This document shows positions 44,538 through 53,965 of a stretch of 58,722 nucleotides of DNA, piece after piece; the first letter of the stretch is position 1, and the number at the start of each line of letters is the position of its first letter. The stretch is taken from contig CAZFYZ010000007.1 of assembly GCA_964523735.1 (NCBI GenBank), forward strand, positions 1 to 58,722, given 5' to 3'. Origin of the DNA: an uncultured bacterium (GTDB lineage Bacteria; Armatimonadota; UBA5829). The notes below the pieces were generated by a model. It was not told the DNA's origin. It did no database searches and worked only from the letters and a program-made list of their open reading frames with translations. A program made the position numbers and the translations under genes.

Positions 44538-47500
44538 TTAGTTACTCTTGCCGGAACCCGCGAGACCAACCCGCTCACGGTAGGCAGTCATGAACCCGTC
44601 GCGGAGCTTGTCCTCGAGGGATACTTTCTTGTCGTCTACTTCCAGTGGGCGAACGTCCGCGTGGGAGCGCATCTGTCGATCCGCCGATGCCGAAGCGGAA
44701 TTCTCCTTCTCGCCAGCGCCCTTGTCATCGTCCTGCTTCGCAGCATTCGGACACTCAGACTTGGTCTGCACGGCCCTGTCATAAGCTGCCTCGGTAGCGG
44801 TGAATGCATCGTCGGAGAGCCCGGCGAGTCGGTTGATTTCCTGGTCCCTGTCCTCATCCGAGGCAAATGACATTCCAGCTTTTTCCAGCTTCTTCAGGAG
44901 CTTCTGCGCACGGGTCTTGTTGGCGGCTGCTTTGCTCTCCGCCTCCAACTCCTGGACCTGCTTTTGAAGCTCAAGCACCTGATTCTGAAGGTCTTTGTTC
45001 TCGGCCTCAAGCTCCTTTATGCGGGTCTTGTCATCGACCGCAGGCGCGGCCCCGCCGCCCGGGGCATCGCGTTTCTTCGCAGCCTCAAGCTGCTCTTCGT
45101 TGTCTTTCTGAATGTCGTCCACTGAGTTGCCTCCTGTGTTGTTACAACTGCATTGATTTGCCTCATGCGAGGCGACTTGTGTTATTCGCGCGTTTTCATC
45201 AGCGCCCTTGCGGTCCAAGAGTCCAAGGCCAGTGAATGTTACGCCGTGCAGGATTTCAAAGACGGGCTTGCCCTGATACTGCGCACCCTTGAACTTGCGG
45301 AGATGGACGCAGTAATCGTCTTTGCTGGTGACTCTCTTGCCGCAGATGGAGCACTCCCCGGTTTCATAGTCACACTCCATCGACACCTGGGTTATGATCC
45401 CGCGTTTCATGAGCTTGTAGGCCAGGGCGGCCGTGGGCGAATCGGTCGCATATAGCTCGCCCACGCACTCGACGCGCCCACCGGTTTCGTCTTCAACGAA
45501 GTCGGCCGCCATTATCCCGCCTACGATGTCAGTGAGTTCCTGGGAATGCTTGAGATCGATCTTCTTGTTGATAGCCGTGGTGTAGCGAGCCGCCAATTCG
45601 TCCGGGGTGAAATGGTCACCGTTTTTGTTGGTGCCCACGCGGCACATTATGAAGCTGAACTGCGGATCCCCCGCATTGGGGTTGAGGTCAACCGCTTCGG
45701 TTGAGAGTCCGTCTCTAACCTTGAGACTCACTTCCACGGGGATAGCTGTGTGGCAGTTTGAAGCACTAGCCGAGGCGATTGACCTTGGAGCCTGCCTGGA
45801 ACCCGATGCGATGAAAAGCAGTTCCCGCGCGTTCTTTCCTTCGCCGCCCTTGCCCATGACTATGCCGTATTCAACGTCCATGCCCTTGACCCGGACCTGA
45901 CCGAAGCGCTCAGCTAAGATGTCTTTGATCTCTTTCTCCGTTGGGAATGCACGGTCACGGTAGGACATGATCACGGTCTTGTATTTGCCGCGGGCTTCGG
46001 AGGCAAGGTTATCGATAAGGGATCGAATGGACTCCTTGTCATAGTGAGTGCGCGACTTGTAGCTTCGACGATTATCGTCGAGGAGTTCCTTATCCGCCCA
46101 GCGGTTCATTAGACCCTCGACGAAGTGCAGCGAGTACTCGTAGTCATTGTTCGAGAACTCAGTGATATACGGCGGGTCAAGATACAGCACATCCGCGCCG
46201 AACTTGCGCACGGCTTCGACCGCATCCCCTCGGAACACCTTGCATTCCTGTCCGCTATCGAAAACAAGCCGGTTAAGCTGGTTCGCGTAACGCTTGAAGC
46301 TCTCGACCATGCTGGAGATGGGAATGCTGGTGAGCTGGCTTTCTTTGAAACCACCAGCATACGCTCCCATCTCCGCTTCGGCATCTGTGCCGGATTCGCC
46401 CTTGAGATTGATCTTCGAGCGGTGGAACTGGCCGTAAAGGGCCTTTGCTTTCACAGTGTTACCGAGCGCCGCCAGCGCCAGGTCTTTCTTGTAGCCAGAG
46501 AGCTTCTGGATGTTTGCCCACACCTGCTCAAGCCAGGAGAGCACCTTCTTCGTGTAGTAATAACCGCTGAAGTTATCTACTATGAAGCTACCGGCATTGG
46601 GATTTGGCGCGAGTATTCGTTCAATATCTTCGTCTGAGAGCGTCTCATGAGAGTTCTCAACCACCGCCCGCGCGACGTGATACGGGAAGAGCAGGAGGTC
46701 GTTTGCTATGACCTTCAGCCCTTTACGCTTGAAGTGATATGCGACATTAGCCCCGCCGGAAAACGCGTCGACCACAGTCTTGGCATCCTTGGGAAGCTGG
46801 CGCTCGATCCAGCCGAGCATCACGTATTTGTTGCCCATGAAGCCCGTGACCTTGACCGGATCAGTTCCAGCCTGGCAGGAGAGCAGATCAAGGTCGCCAT
46901 CGAATGGCGAATCAGCCAGCGCCGCCAGGTTTTCATCGATGCGCGCGGTCACTTCCGGCGAGTGCCCATCCTCATCTGCCAGAGCGGATTTGCCGCCCTT
47001 GGTGCAGATAAACAGGCGCTCCATCGCAACCGAATTCTCGGAGTGCTTTGAGGAAATGTGATACTTGTGCTGCTGCGACTGCATTCGGCTGGACATGCCG
47101 CTTGCTGAGATGATGTCTTTCATCTCAGACTCGTTCGGGTAGGCATGGTCACGGTATGAGATGAGCCAGTTCGGAATGTGCTTCGCGCTCGCGAGAAACG
47201 TCGAGAAGAACTCGTTTGCATTCGCCTTGGTGACTGTCTTGTGTTCAGTCTGATAGTGTTTGGTCTTGGAATCCGTGACGAGCGTGAGCCCGTCCCAGTA
47301 GGTCATCAGACCCTCGACAAAGTGATAGCTCTTTTCGTAGTTGGTCGTGGAGAACTCGGTGGCGTAAGGCGGATCGAAATATGCCAGGTCGACCTTTGCC
47401 TCCGGCAGAACCTCATTGATGTCTTTGTTAAGGGCCTTACACTCTTTGCCGTTATCGAAGATGAGCGCATTGATGCGCGCGATGTTGTCGGCGAAACGCT

Positions 47501-48119
47501 CCCGGAACTCCTCGGGCGTGTCCTGTCGCTTTCCATAATCTGTGGATGAGGAGAAGTGACCAAAGCCGCCCTTGCCGGACATACAAGTTTTTCCGAGCGC
47601 AAAAAGAGCAATGTCCTTTTTGAAGCCCTCGAGCTTATCGGCGTTTGCGCGGATCTGGTCGATCACGCCATGCACGCCCTTAGCGAAGAAAATCCCTTTG
47701 AAGTTGTCTCGGACGAAGGTCCCAGCCTTTAGATTATCCGCTAAGAGAGCGGCAAGCTCGTCCTCGTCTATCCGGACGCTTGAGTTCTCAACAATTGCGC
47801 GCGCGGCGTGATAGCTATAGCGCAGCCGGTCGTTGGCGATGACCCGCAGGCCCTTAGTCTTGTACATGTAGGCCACAACGCCCGAGCCGGAGAACGCATC
47901 GATGACCGACCCGACATCCTCGGGCGTGTGCTTCCATATCCAGTCGATGAGCTTCTGCTTGGAGCCGATATAGTTGGTTATGTATTTCGGACGCTGGTCG
48001 GCTGGCAGTTCTTCAGTGACAAGCTCCGCAGCCTCGGCGAGAAGCTCGTCAAGGTGGCGCGATGCGTCCGTCTCCAGAAGAAAAGCAAGCCGATCATTGT
48101 CTGTGGCGAAAAGCTGCAT
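44538..48119 (-). CDS. fusion protein: two tandem Dam-like N6-adenine DNA methyltransferase modules plus prohead-protease-like domain plus coiled-coil scaffold
   Basis: 1193-aa uninterrupted ORF.
- Module 1 (aa ~45-375): YIGSKQKLIDWI, motif I IDAFSGSG, motif IV FDPPY (47364-47375).
- Module 2 (aa ~424-775): FMGNKYVMLGWI, VDAFSGGA, LDPPY (46167-46178).
- The two modules are clearly paralogous (KGLRVIANDRLRYSYHAARAIVENS versus KGLKVIANDLLLFPYHVARAVVENS).
- aa ~800-980: NKNGDHFTPDEL...KHSQ...FVEDETGG...QVSMEC resembles the S78-type prohead protease layout.
- aa ~1030-1085: coiled coil KELEAENKDLQNQVLELQKQVQELEAESK. Confidence 0.85.
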   Translation of the reverse strand: MQLFATDNDRLAFLLETDASRHLDELLAEAAELVTEELPADQRPKYITNYIGSKQKLIDWIWKHTPEDVGSVIDAFSGSGVVAYMYKTKGLRVIANDRLRYSYHAARAIVENSSVRIDEDELAALLADNLKAGTFVRDNFKGIFFAKGVHGVIDQIRANADKLEGFKKDIALFALGKTCMSGKGGFGHFSSSTDYGKRQDTPEEFRERFADNIARINALIFDNGKECKALNKDINEVLPEAKVDLAYFDPPYATEFSTTNYEKSYHFVEGLMTYWDGLTLVTDSKTKHYQTEHKTVTKANANEFFSTFLASAKHIPNWLISYRDHAYPNESEMKDIISASGMSSRMQSQQHKYHISSKHSENSVAMERLFICTKGGKSALADEDGHSPEVTARIDENLAALADSPFDGDLDLLSCQAGTDPVKVTGFMGNKYVMLGWIERQLPKDAKTVVDAFSGGANVAYHFKRKGLKVIANDLLLFPYHVARAVVENSHETLSDEDIERILAPNPNAGSFIVDNFSGYYYTKKVLSWLEQVWANIQKLSGYKKDLALAALGNTVKAKALYGQFHRSKINLKGESGTDAEAEMGAYAGGFKESQLTSIPISSMVESFKRYANQLNRLVFDSGQECKVFRGDAVEAVRKFGADVLYLDPPYITEFSNNDYEYSLHFVEGLMNRWADKELLDDNRRSYKSRTHYDKESIRSLIDNLASEARGKYKTVIMSYRDRAFPTEKEIKDILAERFGQVRVKGMDVEYGIVMGKGGEGKNARELLFIASGSRQAPRSIASASASNCHTAIPVEVSLKVRDGLSTEAVDLNPNAGDPQFSFIMCRVGTNKNGDHFTPDELAARYTTAINKKIDLKHSQELTDIVGGIMAADFVEDETGGRVECVGELYATDSPTAALAYKLMKRGIITQVSMECDYETGECSICGKRVTSKDDYCVHLRKFKGAQYQGKPVFEILHGVTFTGLGLLDRKGADENARITQVASHEANQCSCNNTGGNSVDDIQKDNEEQLEAAKKRDAPGGGAAPAVDDKTRIKELEAENKDLQNQVLELQKQVQELEAESKAAANKTRAQKLLKKLEKAGMSFASDEDRDQEINRLAGLSDDAFTATEAAYDRAVQTKSECPNAAKQDDDKGAGEKENSASASADRQMRSHADVRPLEVDDKKVSLEDKLRDGFMTAYRERVGLAGSGKSN

Positions 48120-48553
48120 GAATCACTCCGACACTCTTGGGCGCTTATTGCACGGCCCTAATCAGTTAAATGCCAAGCTAATCCAAAGAGTGTCTGAAAC
48201 TCCGCCAGTGGAGGTATGTCGTGGCTCAACTGGGATGCAGAGCCGTCTATCAAGGTTGTCTTGGCCAAAGGGGGCTGGCAGGCTGACTCACACTTGCGTT
48301 CTTCTGGCGGAATGGATAATAGCACCCACAGATGCAAACAAGTGTAGGGGGACATTATCATGACAAGAGGCGCGCACCGGGAGGCCGCGGCACAGAACGC
48401 ACATCGGCTTATTGAGCACAAAGGCGGGATTGTCAGAATTGCTGAGGCAATATGAATGGGGATACGCCCGCAGGTATTCTATGAACTGCGGGCCAGCGCA
48501 GATATCACGGGGCGTATAGTGGTCGAGTGCGCGATCAGTGCGCAACTCGGACG

Positions 48554-48895
48554 CTAGCCACGATGGTCCGCGATCATTTGACAGACCACTTTGGCGCACT
48601 CCTCCGCCATCGCGTATTCCTCTGTCTCGACTATCTCGCCCCGCATCCCACGGTACGGCGACATCGTTTCCCGGTGATACTCCAAGAAGCCCTCCGGCAG
48701 GCTCTTGATGTCGTTCTCTACCAGCCGGTTGATGATCCAGTCTGCATCCTCCTGGAACTCGTCGTTTCCCGTCAGGTATTCTATCACTACATCCAGTCCC
48801 GGCCCGTGGCCCTGCACCCAGACGCCGACAGGCTCGTAGTGCGGGTTCGTCTCCCGGTCCCGGAGAGCATACTCAAGCATATACCTAAGCCGCAT
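48554..48895 (-). CDS. hypothetical acidic protein (113 aa)
   Basis: Clean ORF overlapping the preceding ORF by 11 nt. No motif recognised. Confidence 0.5.
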   Translation of the reverse strand: MRLRYMLEYALRDRETNPHYEPVGVWVQGHGPGLDVVIEYLTGNDEFQEDADWIINRLVENDIKSLPEGFLEYHRETMSPYRGMRGEIVETEEYAMAEECAKVVCQMIADHRG

Positions 48896-49367
48896 CCCAG
48901 TCCTCCGCTATCCGAATGTGCTCCTCAAGGATCTGCGCGTCGATGACCGCGAACTCGGCGGCATTCTCCAACTTATAGCGCTGCCACTTCCGCCAGGCAA
49001 CGACATAGTCGTGTTCGGTCGCATCCATGATGAGTTCGACGTGATACCTGCGGCCTCGGTCATCGTTAAGGTCGATGAGATAGGTGTCGTCCTGGCTCCA
49101 GTCGACCACCTTGATAGTGTGCGTGTATTGGTAGCCGTTGTTGTAGCCGACTGACTTGAACATAAGCCAGAAGTCAGTCTTGGTGATATTGCCCGCGGCA
49201 TCGAAATATGGTGCAACGCGTGTCACGACGAAGCTGTCGATAAGGCCAAAGGGCAGCGGCGTATCGTGACCCTCGTGCATTACCATGATGGAGCCCTCTT
49301 TATTGAACTCATCAAAGAACGCCTGCAGCCTCTGCTTTTCGCTCGCTATGAACTCTTTCATACTCAC
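48885..49367 (-). CDS. hypothetical protein (about 158-160 aa) coupled to the MuF giant gene
   Basis: A GTG at 49367 overlaps the MuF stop, or an ATG at 49361 is preceded by GAGGTGA. No motif recognised. Confidence 0.55.
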   Translation of the reverse strand: MSMKEFIASEKQRLQAFFDEFNKEGSIMVMHEGHDTPLPFGLIDSFVVTRVAPYFDAAGNITKTDFWLMFKSVGYNNGYQYTHTIKVVDWSQDDTYLIDLNDDRGRRYHVELIMDATEHDYVVAWRKWQRYKLENAAEFAVIDAQILEEHIRIAEDWDAA

Positions 49368-52300
49368 CTCACAAGAACAATATCTGCGACATTGCGACCA
49401 TCGGGCAGCACTGATACTCCGTGCTTCGTGAATACCGCGAGCACTTTGGTTCGCTCCGACTGGCTCGGAACCACTATGGCTTCCAGGTTGTCCAGAAGCG
49501 TCACGGAGTGCTTCAGGATGGTCTCATTGCTGGTGTTGCGCGCGTAGGTCTTCCATGTCTTAGGATCTGAGCCCCGGTGAGAGGCGACGTAATCGTCGGT
49601 CACCTTGCCGTAGGCATCGTGGTTGTAGCTTATCGCATCAGTCCGGCGCAGCAGGCGCTTCTTGAAGTAGAGCCCGTTCTCGGACGAGCCGCCAGAGAGT
49701 GGTGACTTCTTGATTCGCGTGAACACATAGGACGCGCCTCCGCTGCGCATGTCAGCCTGCGGCGACATTCCACCCGGCGCAATCCCGGAGCGAACCTTCT
49801 CCACAGTGCTTACCAGCGCGCCATTATTCTCAAGGACGGTATCGAGGAAGCTCGACATCGAGCCGGAGTTCGTCAGATTGTGGTGCAGGCTGTATCCGGC
49901 CATCTCTTTCTCAAGCTGTTCGTCGGAGATGTCGAAGCGATACTGGTATCTGTAGCCTCCGCCGATCTTCCTGTCCTTGAAACCCAACTGATACTCCCCG
50001 ATTGGATCATAGCCAGGCAGTTTCGTGATGTCGGAGACACCGAGGCGCTTTGCCCAGAATCCGCGCATGGCCTGGATGCGTTCGGCCTTGGTGGCGCTCC
50101 TTGCGTCAAGGTCGGAGACTAGCTTCGTGTATTCCGGCTCGCGGTCGGCCTTGGTGATGTAGGCTTGCTTTGTGAGATACATTATCTCCGCGTCATCGGA
50201 GGTGGCGATATTGGCTTTGACTCCCAGCTTCTCCATGTGCTCAAGCGCCCTGTCCAGGCTCTTCGCGTCGGGTCGCTCTGGAAGAGATATCTCAAGCTCG
50301 CCGCTATGCGCATAGAGGTTCTTTGATCCCCAGGGTCTATAGGTCGCCCGGATGCCGTCGCCAAAGTCTATCTCATACTGTTCGCCGTCGGGCATTGGAT
50401 GGCCATTGAAGAGCGTGGTCGTGGTGGCGGATTCACTTTCCACTGCAAGCTCGCCCTTTGACAGACTCCGCTTCTCCATCACGGCCTTGGTCTTTCTGAC
50501 CGTGAAGTCTGTGGCTTTGTCCCTCTGTTTGGCTGGCACACTCTTCCTGAGATACGCCTCGAACTTCTCCTGGAGAGGAGTCTTATCCCTTACGGCCTGC
50601 TGGGTTCTCTCCAGCCAGCCGATGTAGGTTTCGGCCATCTGCCGCACCTCGGTATCGTCGGACTTGGCGAGCTTTCTGAGTTCGACCAGATGCTTTTCGG
50701 CCTTGTCCAGAGTCGACTGGTTGTAACTTCCGTCCCCCGCGTGATGATTCACTGTCTTCACCGCCGCGAGGATGTCGGATGCGAAGCTGTCTTCATCAAG
50801 AGGCTCCCCGACCTTGGGCGCGCTCACCTGTCTATCGGCTTTGCGAAGCGCGGGAAGTATCTTCGCTTCTGCTTCGGGCCGGAGCTTCATCTTCACGATT
50901 GTGTGAGTCTGGCCCTTGGCCGTCTCGGCGAAGACCAGAGCGTTCTGGTCCTCGATGTCGTTCTCATCGATTGGCAGAGCCTTTCCCTGCCAGCCCAGTA
51001 TCCGCGCCTCCTCGATGATCTGTTCCTCCGCTTTCCCGATCCGTCCCACAACCCGAGCCTGGGCTGCATCCTCGAATCGGAAATCTGGCCTACCGAGCAC
51101 GTCCGAGTAGAACCCCTCGAAGTCGCTGCGCAGGCCGTGTTTCCTGGCGAGCGCCAGATCATAGAATGCTTTCCTCTGAGCTGGGCTCTTGGCGAACCTG
51201 CCCTCCACATACGGACGCAGCATCGCCAGGTAGTCATCGTCGGATATCTTCTCGACCTCGCGAATGTAGCGCAGCGTCACTGATGGATCTACCGCCACCT
51301 TGCCCTGCTTCGCCGCGCGAAAGAGCGTGTTGTAGAATGGCTCGCTTTCCCCGCAGGCTGCATTGGGATGGTAGTCAACAGATAGCTTGTCCGAGCCGAG
51401 GAACTTGAAAAGCTGTCCCTTGTCGATACCGTAGACTTTTCCATTTTTCGCGCGCAGGAACTGCTTAGCGTGTCCGTCGTGATTTGAGATAAGCCAGTCC
51501 ACGACGTGCTCGCGCTGAACCTGGGCTATCTCGTCGGCGGATAGCTCGGTGACATCAAGGCCGGAGAAGTCATACTTGGCCGCGAGGTCATTCCGCCATT
51601 TCTGTATGGACCCGGTGCGACCATTGAGACGAATCGTCCTGACTTCGATGGCTTCCGGATCGATGAGGCGGCCTATCTTATACGCGGCCTCCTCGCCTTG
51701 GGCGATAAAGTCATCCGATGCCTTACCGACCGGCTTGAACATCCACTTGTGCCCGTCGGCGTCAGTCCAGAACTCTTTTTCGTGAGCGCCGCCGACGCTT
51801 GCTTTGCCCTCATATTTGAAGCTTTCGGACTTACCGTGTGCGGCCCAGGCGGTATCGGCGTCATCGAACTCGCTACCTTTCTTTGCGAATGTGTTCGTGG
51901 TCGCGGTTGTGACGCTCTCGCTGACAGGCTCTGGCTGTGTCTTCGGCACTGAATGCTTGGCCACTGGCTGAGCCGCTTTGCCGGGCTTCGCCAGATGCTT
52001 CTCGGCCCACTTGGCATGCTTTGCTTCAATGCTGGCCTTGGACGCCGCGATCTTCGCCGTGTCCGTTTCGGTGAACAGGGTAGCGAGTTCATCTTTCGAG
52101 GCCCACTGCCAGTGCGCGACCTTCGTCTGTTTTGCCAGATCCTTAAGCTCGCCGGACTTCATCCCCCCGATCTGCTGGGCGAACGTAAGCTTCTTCACCG
52201 CTATCTCCTTCGCGTGCTGCTCGATAACTGTGACAGGCAGACCCGAGTCCTTTGCCAGTTCGCTTTCGGCTGCTTTCACGGAGTCGAGGAAAGATGAGTA

Positions 52301-53965
52301 TTGCGTGGGAGACGACGGCATCACTATCTGTGTCGTGGCATCCTTTAGGGCCTGTTCGGCCTTCTGCAGCGCCTCCTGCTTCGCCACGTCAAGTGCCTGC
52401 TGCTTGGCCTGGTCTGCCATCTTTTGGCCCGCGACCTTCTCCAGGGCCTTGGCGAGCTGCTCTTTGTTCTTCAGAGGCGGGATGCCGAACTTCTGCTTGG
52501 CGGCGATTAAGGTCTTGCCGGAGTAGTTGTAATGGTCTATGTGCGGCTCAAGGCCGTCCAGCATCTCAATGACTTCGCTCTTAGTGAGATTCAAAGACAC
52601 GCCGTGTTGCTTGGCCATCACCTTGAGCTGGACCATCGTCATACTTGAGAGGTCACTCTGAGGTGCGGCGTTTTTTGCCGCTTCCTCCAGGACTTTGGCC
52701 TGCTTGATCGCTGCCTGCTTCTCCGCGAGTAGCTTAGCCAGATCGTCTTTGCTACGCAGAGCGGCAATATTATACTGCTTGATCTTCGCCTGCAGAGCCG
52801 CGCCGGAGAGATCGGCATGGCCAACACCCGGCTCCGCCGCGTCGAGGAGCTTGATGAAATCGGTCTTGGTGCGGGCGATAGCTATGCCATTACCTTTAGC
52901 GAGAGTCTGAAGCTGCTTCACCGTAAGACCCGACAGATCCGCGATCTGGCCCGACTCGAATGCATCCTTGAGCTTCTTCTCTTCCTCGGCCTGCTGCTTT
53001 GCCTGTTCGTGGATCGCCTGCGGGGCAAGAATACATGCATTGGTCTTTGCGGCTGCGACGGTGCCCAGTTCGCCACCACAAATAACCAGTGGCCACGCCA
53101 CGATGCTGGTGCATCGGCAGTTGGGATGCGCTGGCTGACTGGGGAAGCGGTCGATATCAAAGACCTTGCCATCGAGGCCACCGCAGACCGGGCAGGTCCG
53201 CTCGTCCTCCATCGTCATCCACTCAAGCTGGCTTACGCCGACCTCCTTGTGGAACTTGATGCGGCCCTGGTTGTGCGCACGCAGCACTTCGGTCCGCGCT
53301 ATCGTCTCCATCCGGTACTGCGCTTTTGAGAACACTTTGGATCCGGCTTGGCGGAAGCTCTCCTTGTCCTCGATGACGCTACCCATATCGCGAACGATGT
53401 CGCGGACGCTTTTGCCGGTGGTGATACCGGAGAGGATAGTGCGCTTGATGCCGCTCGCCAGTTCCTGATGCACGTCACCCAACAGGACCAGGTTGTAGTT
53501 AGCCATGAAGTCGAGCGCGTCAGTGTCGATGAGAGTGAACACCGAGGTCGTGAGCTTATCGATCCCGTCCGCTGTCAGGTCCCTGTAAAACGGCATCTGC
53601 GCCGCCGAGAACTCATCTATTCCGCGATATACGCCGGAGCGAAATGACGCCTGGCTCGCCCTCTTGAACATCAGGCTTTGGTCCTTCTTGAGCGCCTTCA
53701 TCGCCTCCTGAATCTGGCCGTCGAGTTTCTCCAGACCATTCATGGCGGCGAGCTTGTTCTCAGGAAGCGACCCAACATCCTTGTAGACGGAGAGCGCCTG
53801 ACGCACATGGTCCTGCGCGGACTTCAGTGACTGCGAAAGCTCAAAGGCCACTTGCTCGGCGTACATATCACGAGCCATCAGGCTCTTGCCGGTCGCCTCC
53901 CGGATGGCCTGGGGCTGCGCATCGAGGTCGGCGACGGCGCACATCATAGGGGTGGACAAACTCAC
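49364..53965 (-). CDS. giant MuF / SPP1 gp7-family head morphogenesis protein with HeH/SAP-like repeats, kinase-like module and extra C-terminal domain
   Basis: 1533-aa ORF.
- MuF core (aa ~120-292): YRMETIARTEVLRAHNQG...ERTCPVCGGLDGKVF...PAHPNCRCT.
- Five HeH/SAP/Rho_N-like motifs between aa 340 and 635, for example LSGLTVKQLQTLAKGNGIAIARTKTDFIKLLD.
- aa ~725-930: WMFKP, GEEAAY, DWLISNHDGHAKQF and YGIDKGQLF give a kinase-like K / E / D-x-H-x-x-N-type loop / D-x-G layout.
- The C-terminal ~350 aa are unassigned. Confidence 0.85.
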   Translation of the reverse strand: MSLSTPMMCAVADLDAQPQAIREATGKSLMARDMYAEQVAFELSQSLKSAQDHVRQALSVYKDVGSLPENKLAAMNGLEKLDGQIQEAMKALKKDQSLMFKRASQASFRSGVYRGIDEFSAAQMPFYRDLTADGIDKLTTSVFTLIDTDALDFMANYNLVLLGDVHQELASGIKRTILSGITTGKSVRDIVRDMGSVIEDKESFRQAGSKVFSKAQYRMETIARTEVLRAHNQGRIKFHKEVGVSQLEWMTMEDERTCPVCGGLDGKVFDIDRFPSQPAHPNCRCTSIVAWPLVICGGELGTVAAAKTNACILAPQAIHEQAKQQAEEEKKLKDAFESGQIADLSGLTVKQLQTLAKGNGIAIARTKTDFIKLLDAAEPGVGHADLSGAALQAKIKQYNIAALRSKDDLAKLLAEKQAAIKQAKVLEEAAKNAAPQSDLSSMTMVQLKVMAKQHGVSLNLTKSEVIEMLDGLEPHIDHYNYSGKTLIAAKQKFGIPPLKNKEQLAKALEKVAGQKMADQAKQQALDVAKQEALQKAEQALKDATTQIVMPSSPTQYSSFLDSVKAAESELAKDSGLPVTVIEQHAKEIAVKKLTFAQQIGGMKSGELKDLAKQTKVAHWQWASKDELATLFTETDTAKIAASKASIEAKHAKWAEKHLAKPGKAAQPVAKHSVPKTQPEPVSESVTTATTNTFAKKGSEFDDADTAWAAHGKSESFKYEGKASVGGAHEKEFWTDADGHKWMFKPVGKASDDFIAQGEEAAYKIGRLIDPEAIEVRTIRLNGRTGSIQKWRNDLAAKYDFSGLDVTELSADEIAQVQREHVVDWLISNHDGHAKQFLRAKNGKVYGIDKGQLFKFLGSDKLSVDYHPNAACGESEPFYNTLFRAAKQGKVAVDPSVTLRYIREVEKISDDDYLAMLRPYVEGRFAKSPAQRKAFYDLALARKHGLRSDFEGFYSDVLGRPDFRFEDAAQARVVGRIGKAEEQIIEEARILGWQGKALPIDENDIEDQNALVFAETAKGQTHTIVKMKLRPEAEAKILPALRKADRQVSAPKVGEPLDEDSFASDILAAVKTVNHHAGDGSYNQSTLDKAEKHLVELRKLAKSDDTEVRQMAETYIGWLERTQQAVRDKTPLQEKFEAYLRKSVPAKQRDKATDFTVRKTKAVMEKRSLSKGELAVESESATTTTLFNGHPMPDGEQYEIDFGDGIRATYRPWGSKNLYAHSGELEISLPERPDAKSLDRALEHMEKLGVKANIATSDDAEIMYLTKQAYITKADREPEYTKLVSDLDARSATKAERIQAMRGFWAKRLGVSDITKLPGYDPIGEYQLGFKDRKIGGGYRYQYRFDISDEQLEKEMAGYSLHHNLTNSGSMSSFLDTVLENNGALVSTVEKVRSGIAPGGMSPQADMRSGGASYVFTRIKKSPLSGGSSENGLYFKKRLLRRTDAISYNHDAYGKVTDDYVASHRGSDPKTWKTYARNTSNETILKHSVTLLDNLEAIVVPSQSERTKVLAVFTKHGVSVLPDGRNVADIVLVR

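Noticed and set aside
48288-48599. 103-aa minus-strand ORF, the overlapping 87-aa ORF (48158-48421), and a 31-codon plus-strand ORF near 48360, all in the non-coding gap.
   Set aside because: Cys/Arg/Ser-rich, improbable composition, no RBS, and mutually overlapping. Treated as non-coding; the gap itself is reported as a finding.
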